In this document: piece after piece, positions 56,400 to 64,000 of the stretch
Position numbering within the stretch: the first letter of the stretch is position 1
Layout: every line of letters begins with the position of its first letter
Assembly: GCA_964016885.1 (NCBI GenBank)
Contig: OZ024742.1
Span: 87,668,001 to 87,732,000, forward strand
Origin: Eledone cirrhosa
Lineage: Eukaryota
Direction: 5' to 3'
Length of the DNA stretch: 64,000 bases
The notes under the pieces: model-generated
What the model saw: only the letters and a program-made list of their open reading frames with translations
Databases searched by the model: none
What the model was told of the DNA's origin: nothing
Program-made: the position numbers and the translations under genes

Positions 56400-56792
56400 A
56401 ATGTTTTAGTCACGGCGTTACATCGGGTGGGGGCAGTAACGTCACCAGTTAACTCTGTCAATTGAGCCGCCAGTGAATATAAGAATCTCGCAGTAATAGC
56501 CCGATACCCGAAACGTCTCGAATGCCACAATCTTGAAAATGCAGATGTTCGAATGTTCACAGCAACTTAGAATTGTGTTCCATTCACCTGTGGCTCTCGT
56601 CCTAAGCGCAGCATCGAGGATGTGGGTAGAAGTAAAAGAGTCACTAACTATGACGTCCGACGAACGAAACGTTAATAACATATTTGCATCAATTTCGGCT
56701 TGCAAGCATAAATTGAATAAAACCTCGTAATATTATAGCCCAATGTACATAATGATGATACAGAGAATAACGTTGTCACTGTCTATATATAT

Positions 56793-57316
<524 letters not shown>

Positions 57317-57792
57317 GTTATACACACACTGACACACGTTCACACACACGTTTATATATAAATATATATAGATATGTAATAAACAACATAAGACAATTCT
57401 TTCATTTACCAGTGGTTTCTTGAAAGCCACCAAAATTGCTTCCATTCATCAGAATGAAAAAAATCCTTGAGTTTTTATTGACAGTGGATTTGAAATACAA
57501 AAATATAACATATATGAAAGTGAGGCTGGAGGGAAGAAGAAAAAAAAAAGGGGCGGGGGGGGAGAATAATAAATAAGAATATATAAAAACACACACGTAC
57601 ACACTCACACACACACGCACGCACACTCACATATACACACATATATACATATATATATACATATATACACGCATATATACACTTATATAAACACAGGGAC
57701 ACATATACACACACATACATATATATATACATATCCATACATAAACACACCAACACATATATACAATGTGTCAGCATTCTCTATTCCGTTTA

Positions 57793-57859
<67 letters not shown>

Positions 57860-58154
57860 ATACCTATACACACATATATATAATACACATGCACACACAT
57901 ATATATATATATATATACATATACACACATATACACATACATACACACACACATAGATACACACATATATACACGCATGCAGACGTACTCACATATAAAA
58001 GGCTACATATGCACACGCACAAATAAGAATAAATCACCATAGTAGGCCGTCACATACATATAAGCAAATAAAAAAATAAGGATAAAGAAAATTAAAAAAA
58101 ATATATTATTAAGTTGACAGCGATACAAGACGGCAACATTAAACAAACATAATA

Positions 58155-61100
58155 ATAATGATTTCATTTATTGGCCACCAGGGCCGACATATATGGGACA
58201 ATACAAAAGACTGGGACAGTGCGGTTTTACAGAAAATTCGAGTAAACAATATGAATAACAACAACAAAGTAACAATAAAATTACAGGAAAAATATCCCCA
58301 ATAGGAGGGATGACCACCCAGGGTTCGCTCAGGTACCCCACCAATCCTGAGCGACACGACGACCCCTGGAAGGGCACACCTCTCCTCAAATTTACCTACC
58401 TACAGCCGCACGACCAGATTAGGCTCACTCACACTGGCCATTCTCGCCACATTCACACACATTTCAGCAAATGTACTGGGGGGCAGCACTTCTCTCTCCA
58501 CCCTCACCTTTCTTTCCAAGTGAAACTTGAAAAAGTTGATGAGGGATTGGCCGAAGAAAAAAGTGTCTATCTTCAGTCCTTTCAACCTCGTCCACCATAA
58601 AACCTCTTTCGCTAGTGTCACCAGACATAGGAAAATTGCCTGCCCTTCCTGGCCAAAAGAAGCCGGCGGGTCGATATTCACTATGGACTCGGCCGATAGC
58701 CGGATCCGTTCTACACGCGACAACAGCTGTTCAACATAACTCCATAAGTCAGTAATGCACGGACACTGGACGAGTGCGTGCAGAACGGTTTCTTTGCTCT
58801 GCGCGCATCTCGGGCAGGTCCGTCTGACAGCACTTCCTTGCCTGTAGAGTTTATATCGAACCGGCAGTGCCCACTACCAAGCGAGGAATTTTTGGAAATT
58901 ATCCATCGTTCCCAGCTCGAAAGTCCTCCGGCACAGACTGGTTAGTTCGACTTCGTTGACTCCCAGAGCCTCTCCGAGTGCGTCGTCGCACTTTTCCACC
59001 ACTAATCCTCTATAAAACTCGAGAGTGGAAGCTCCACTGACCGCATTGCCCGCCTGGAAGATGGGAGTGAGTGCCTGGCAACATTCCAGATGCCAGTCAC
59101 CCAGTCTCGGTCACTTCTTGACCCAGGACTGCAGCTCAGTCAAAGAAACAAGCTGCGGAAAAGCACGTCTGACAAACGGCGACCGCACCTGTTCACCGTT
59201 TAGGCAGAATATCTGTAAATGCCGCAGTCTCAGCGCGAGCCTGCGCATCATTAGCCACGGCATGCCCAGCCCTCCATGTAGAGAGTGCTGGCAGCAGATG
59301 GACCACCTCACCGGCGGAACCTGACCCCTCCACAAGAATTTGAAGAGGAGCCGCTCCAAGATGGCGAGGCGCGAACGGGGCCAAGGGACGACGGTCAGAC
59401 GGTAGTGGATGACGTACGCGTAGTACGCGTTCGCCACCTCCGCCCGACCTTTTAGTGATAGCTTCATCCCAGCCCATTTCAGGGTGAGACTCGCTACTCT
59501 GCCCGTCACCTCGTTCCAATTCTTATCCATCTGGAGGTCTGGCCAGTACCAAACCCCTAGCAACTTTACCGGTCCGTTCTTTACAGCGCCTAACGACGCT
59601 GTTGGACGGCATGGACTTGCTTCTCCAGGTGCCGAGTTGCAAGCCTACCGACTTCTCCGGGTTAAGTTTTACTCCCGTCAAACTTTCATATTCCTCCTAT
59701 AAGTTGCCGACCACCTCGATTTCTGAGGTGTCCGACAAAATCACGGCGATGTCGTCCGCATAAGCCGACACAGCCTTTACGCGTCCCGGTACGAGCGGTA
59801 TGCCCTGTAACAGCTCCAGCTTCCGCAGTAAAGACTCGAGAGTCAATACGTACAGAAGGGAGGAGAGAGGGCACCCTTGACGGACCGATCGGGAGACCTG
59901 AAACGGTTCCGAGAGGTGGCCATTAATTTTGACCATCGAGCAGGTGCCGCTGTGCTATCAGCGATCCAGCGTCTGAAGACGTGGCCGAAGCAAGCCGCCT
60001 TGAGGACAGCCTCCAGGTACCGATGGTCGACCCTATCGAAAGCTTTCGATTGATCTAAATTGATCAGAGACCCACCGAAGCCAAGTTTACACCCTACCCT
60101 TTCTTTGATGTATCGCATTAGGTGGAGGTTGTTGTGTATGGACCTGGTTGGGATTGCGTCAGCCGTCGAGAGTTGAGGCAAGCCATCGTGGTAGGGACTG
60201 AAGTCCGCCACCATCTCTGACCTGCCACTTCCCCCGAACAACCGAGCAAAATGTTGGCGAAAGGACTCACACATCCGCTTATAATCGCTCACCTCGTGTC
60301 CGTCTCGGTCCGTCAAAGAATGAATCGTGGTCTTATTAGCACGCTGCGCCTCTTCCACGCGGGCCCATCGAACAGCTTTGGTTCCCTCGTTTGTCGGAGC
60401 ACGCGCCGTAGCTCTGACAATGCAACCTTCGTGTTCTAATGCCATTCTCGCCGCTAGCACGCCAGTTGCAATAGCCTCGTCTAACTTATCTAGTAACTCC
60501 CCCTCCTTTCTATTTTTCTCTAACGCTACTTCTTTGCTAAACCCTATCGACATTACTCTAATCTTTCTTTTGAGAGCCCCACCCCACCATATATTGTTGA
60601 CGACTCCCCCTGTCAACTTGTTCTTAACTAAATTGTTGACCTGGTCCCTGTAAGCCTTACTTGCCGGAAATGATATTTTTAGCTTCCAGTAACCAGGTCC
60701 TAACCTAAGGGTCTTATCTAGGTCGACCATACAAATAACAAACTTGTGATCTAAATAGGCGACTGTTTCAAAATGTGGACAGCTTACCCTATTTCTGTCT
60801 ATTTTCCTAATGAATATCCTGTCTATATACGATCTAGATGACGCTATGCGGTTAGCCCAGGTCCACACTGGCGCATTAGGGAAATCTAGTCGGTATCTGT
60901 CAGACAGTTGGAACTGGCTGATCAGGTTCTTGAGGCTTTTGCACCCCCCACCCGCTCATATCGGATACTTCCACACAGTCCCAGCGTGCTTCTGAGATGC
61001 CGTTCCAGTCCCCCGCTAGCAGTAAAGAGCGAGGCGTGCCCAGAAAGTATTCCAGGCGTCTAAAGACGTCCGGCCGTCCTGCCCCAGTAGGAGCATAGAC

Positions 61101-62695
61101 GGCCACCAGTCTAAAAGCATGGCCTTCTTTATTGTTCATGTCCAGGATCACCAACTTTCCGTCCGGGTCCCGGAAGATCGACCTTACCTCGAGATCCAGG
61201 CCTTTCCTAAACAGCACTTCCATCCCGCCTCCCATTCTCGGCCAGCAAACAGATGCAAAGATCTGATAGACGTCGAAAATGGGGGCTAGTGCGCGCGTGT
61301 CGGAAATGCTGGTCTCGCTGACGGCAATTACATCCATTTCTAGAGACCTGAGGTCGTCAAACAGGTGACCCTGCTTCCGGGACGATCCCAGGCCTCCAAC
61401 TTTTAAACATCCTACTCTTAATACGGCCATGTTGACAGGTTAAAAAGAGAGAGAGGAAATGTTTACTTACCTTCCGGGCTCTTGTGAAGGTCGAGTTGTT
61501 CGACCTCCATAGTTGGTCAGGTTTCTTTTGGGAAACCCTTTAAAAGTCTTGAAGCTGGTTTTACGTTCGGGGTTCCCACGACCCGAGGAAAGCTGTCTCG
61601 TATTTCTTTATATAAATCGATCGTCATTCGCACCAGAAGCAAATCTTCCGGCACGCGAAATGTGCTCGATTTTAAAATCTCCCCTTCTTTTTGTATATTT
61701 TAACTTCATGCTACGAGCGCCATCAGTTCCATGTTGGCCCCCCTGACGAGCACGAAGTTTTGTATGTTTTGTTGATGTGATTTTATTTCTTTGCGTGGCT
61801 GTGGTGGTGATGGTTTTGGTGGTGTTGTTTCGATTGTGTCTGTTTCTGTTGTGAGTGCGGTGTCTGTGGTTTCAGAAGTTTGTGTGTATATTTGTTCTTG
61901 CCACTGTTTAGGTTGTTTGCGTTTGGGGGATTCTGGTGATGTTGATGGTGATGTTGATGTTGGTGTTATTGAAGAGATGTTTACGTGGGTGGCGTCTGCG
62001 TTTTTTATTGTGGGTGATGTTTGGCTTTGTTGAGTTTTTTTTTTTTGTGTTTCCTTTTTTGTATTTTGGAGGCTTTTGGTTTTCCCTCATCTTCACTACT
62101 GAGGGTCTGTGTCTGTAAGTGTGTCTGTATGTATGTTTATGGTTTTATTGGTGTGTGTATTTTGGGGAGGAGGGGTAATTTGACAGCTTTCCTCCTCACC
62201 CCCTGGGTGGTCAATGTTGGTGGTGGTCTTTCTATTGGTGTTTTTGTTGGTGGTTTTGCCGGTACTGGTGTTGGTTGTATTCCTCGTCCCGGCGTCGGCA
62301 GCATTGGAGCCTTTCGACCCCTTGTCTCTTTCAGCAGTTGAGGGCAGAAGGCTTGCAAATGGGTTTTTTTCCCCACAAACAAAACACTGCGGCCTTTTGC
62401 CTTTGGTCGTAAGGTGAATGACCGTCCCATTCTGAAGGCGGATGTAGTCCGAGATTGTCTTCACATTCTCGGGCCTGATCTGGAGAAGGATCTCCATGTC
62501 AACCCCGGACCAGTCCTCTCTGGCCGTTCTGGTCACTTCTATAGGGACGCTATCCGGCCCCTCCACAATCACACATCCCAGAAGCCACCACATGTCAAGT
62601 CCTGGTGGGATTCTGGGAATGCAGAGACGGGCCGTTCTTTTTCCCATGTGGGAGGGGTACATTATGACCTTGATGGTTTTGCAAATATATGAAAT
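58155..62695 (-). mobile_element. Decayed Tx1/L1-like LINE, 5'-truncated in ORF1
   Basis: ORF2 from 61430 (VAVYAPT, AGDWN, YIDRI, KAFDRVDH, QGCPLS, AYADDI, C-terminal Cys motif); ends AATAAATGAAATC(ATT)n. Confidence 0.9.
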
Positions 62696-63720
62696 AGAAT
62701 GGAGCGAAATTTCATTTCTCACTCTTAGTACGGCAGTTCCTTAAATGTAAGATGCATGTATGTATACGTAGACACATATATGTATACAGACGTACAGTAG
62801 TATGTATATATATACATGCATACTAGTTTCAAGCTTATTAGCTATCGTCAGCATTGTATACCTTCCTGCCAGATGATTGAACGTCTCAACGTATATACTT
62901 TCTTTATGCATATTAACGGCTGAGGAGCCTAATTTGCATGTCGAGTGAGTTTAGTCGGCCGGGCGCACCGAAAACGATAAATGGAATAGAATGACACGAA
63001 ATTCTCAGTCTTAGTACGGAAGCTACTTAAATGTAAGTATGCATGCATGTATACGTACACACATATATGTATACAGACGTACAGTAGTATGTATATATAT
63101 ACATACATGCACACATATATATATGCACGTATCGGTTTACCAAACATTTATTATAATGCTCGGTTTGTTTGTAAACAAACAAAGAGCCTCAATTACGCCG
63201 TACAGTGTTTAGGCAACCACGTCACCTTTTTGTTCAACACTGACACAGGAACGATGTACTAGTTTCAAGCTTACTAGCTATCGTCTGTATCGTATACCTT
63301 CCTGCCACATGGTTGAACGTCTCAAATTATATACTTTCCCTATGCATATTATCGGCTGAGCAGCCTAATTTGCATATCGAGTGAGTCTAGTCGGCCGGGC
63401 GCACCGAAAACGATATATGGAATAGAATGAAATAACATTTATTTTCTCACTCTTAGTACGGCAGTTATTTAAATGTAAGTACGCATGAATGTATACGTAC
63501 ACACATATATGTATACAGACGCACAGTAGTATGTATATATATACATGCACACATATATATATGCATGTATCGATTTACCTGAGGTTCATTATAATGCTCG
63601 GTTTCTTTGTAAACAAACAAACAGCCCGAATTATGCCGTACAGTATTTAGGCAGCCACGTCACCTTTTTGTTCAACACTGACACAGGAACGATGTACTAG
63701 TTTCAAGCTTATTAGCTATC
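62694..63720 (+). repeat. Tandem repeat of a ~435-bp unit, about 2.5 copies (first copy internally deleted)
   Basis: Units start at ~62694, 62986 and 63421. Confidence 0.85.
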
Positions 63721-63722
63721 TC

Positions 63723-63849
63723 ATTTTCAATGTCTGCCCCACCGGCAACCGATCTGTATAATCAGTTCCTGATAGAATTCTTATAGAATTCTTATAATAA
63801 AGAGGAACTGACTATACGGAGCGGTTGCCGGTCAGCAGAAATTGAAAAT
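63723..63849. repeat. Imperfect inverted repeat (~47-bp arms)
   Basis: attttcaat..ccggcaaccg..tataatcagttcct / aggaactgactata..cggttgccgg..attgaaaat. Confidence 0.65.
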
Positions 63850-64000
63850 TAGAATAGGTGCTCTGAAATAGCGATATATATATGTTCTGCCTGATAGACA
63901 ACTGCTCTGTATAATCAGTTCCTGATTATTACTAGAATTCTATAAGAATCAAACATTCATGATTTTCAGCAAACAGGTGGAGAATTTTGCTTTGATAAGT

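Noticed and set aside
56442-56730. Non-repetitive ORFs on both strands
   Set aside because: No recognisable domain or convincing splice sites; short and adjacent to a SINE.

Overview
AT-rich, intron-containing animal DNA dense in (TA)n microsatellites. The SINE family and repeat landscape suggest an octopus or other cephalopod (inference). Host coding sequence is limited to the last two Sushi/CCP exons of a lev-9/Hasp-like gene (+, 41891-42715) and one possible terminal exon of a convergent gene (-, 44001-44224). The rest is mobile DNA: a full-length decayed Ty3/Gypsy LTR element inside a tandem duplication that preserves its empty site, Tx1/L1-like LINEs bounded by (ATT)n, R4/Dong-like and RTE remnants, tRNA-derived SINEs, and Penelope-like element (PLE) pieces. 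The most striking pattern is at least six sequence families of short non-coding elements embedded in (TA)n. Most form an inverted repeat with a one-sided tail and carry type I hammerhead ribozyme (HHR) folds. These include several U3-A8 core covariants, long helix II variants, and one retrozyme-like tandem pair predicting a ~656-nt RNA monomer. All folds and alignments were done by eye. Most ORFs in the supplied track are microsatellite artefacts.
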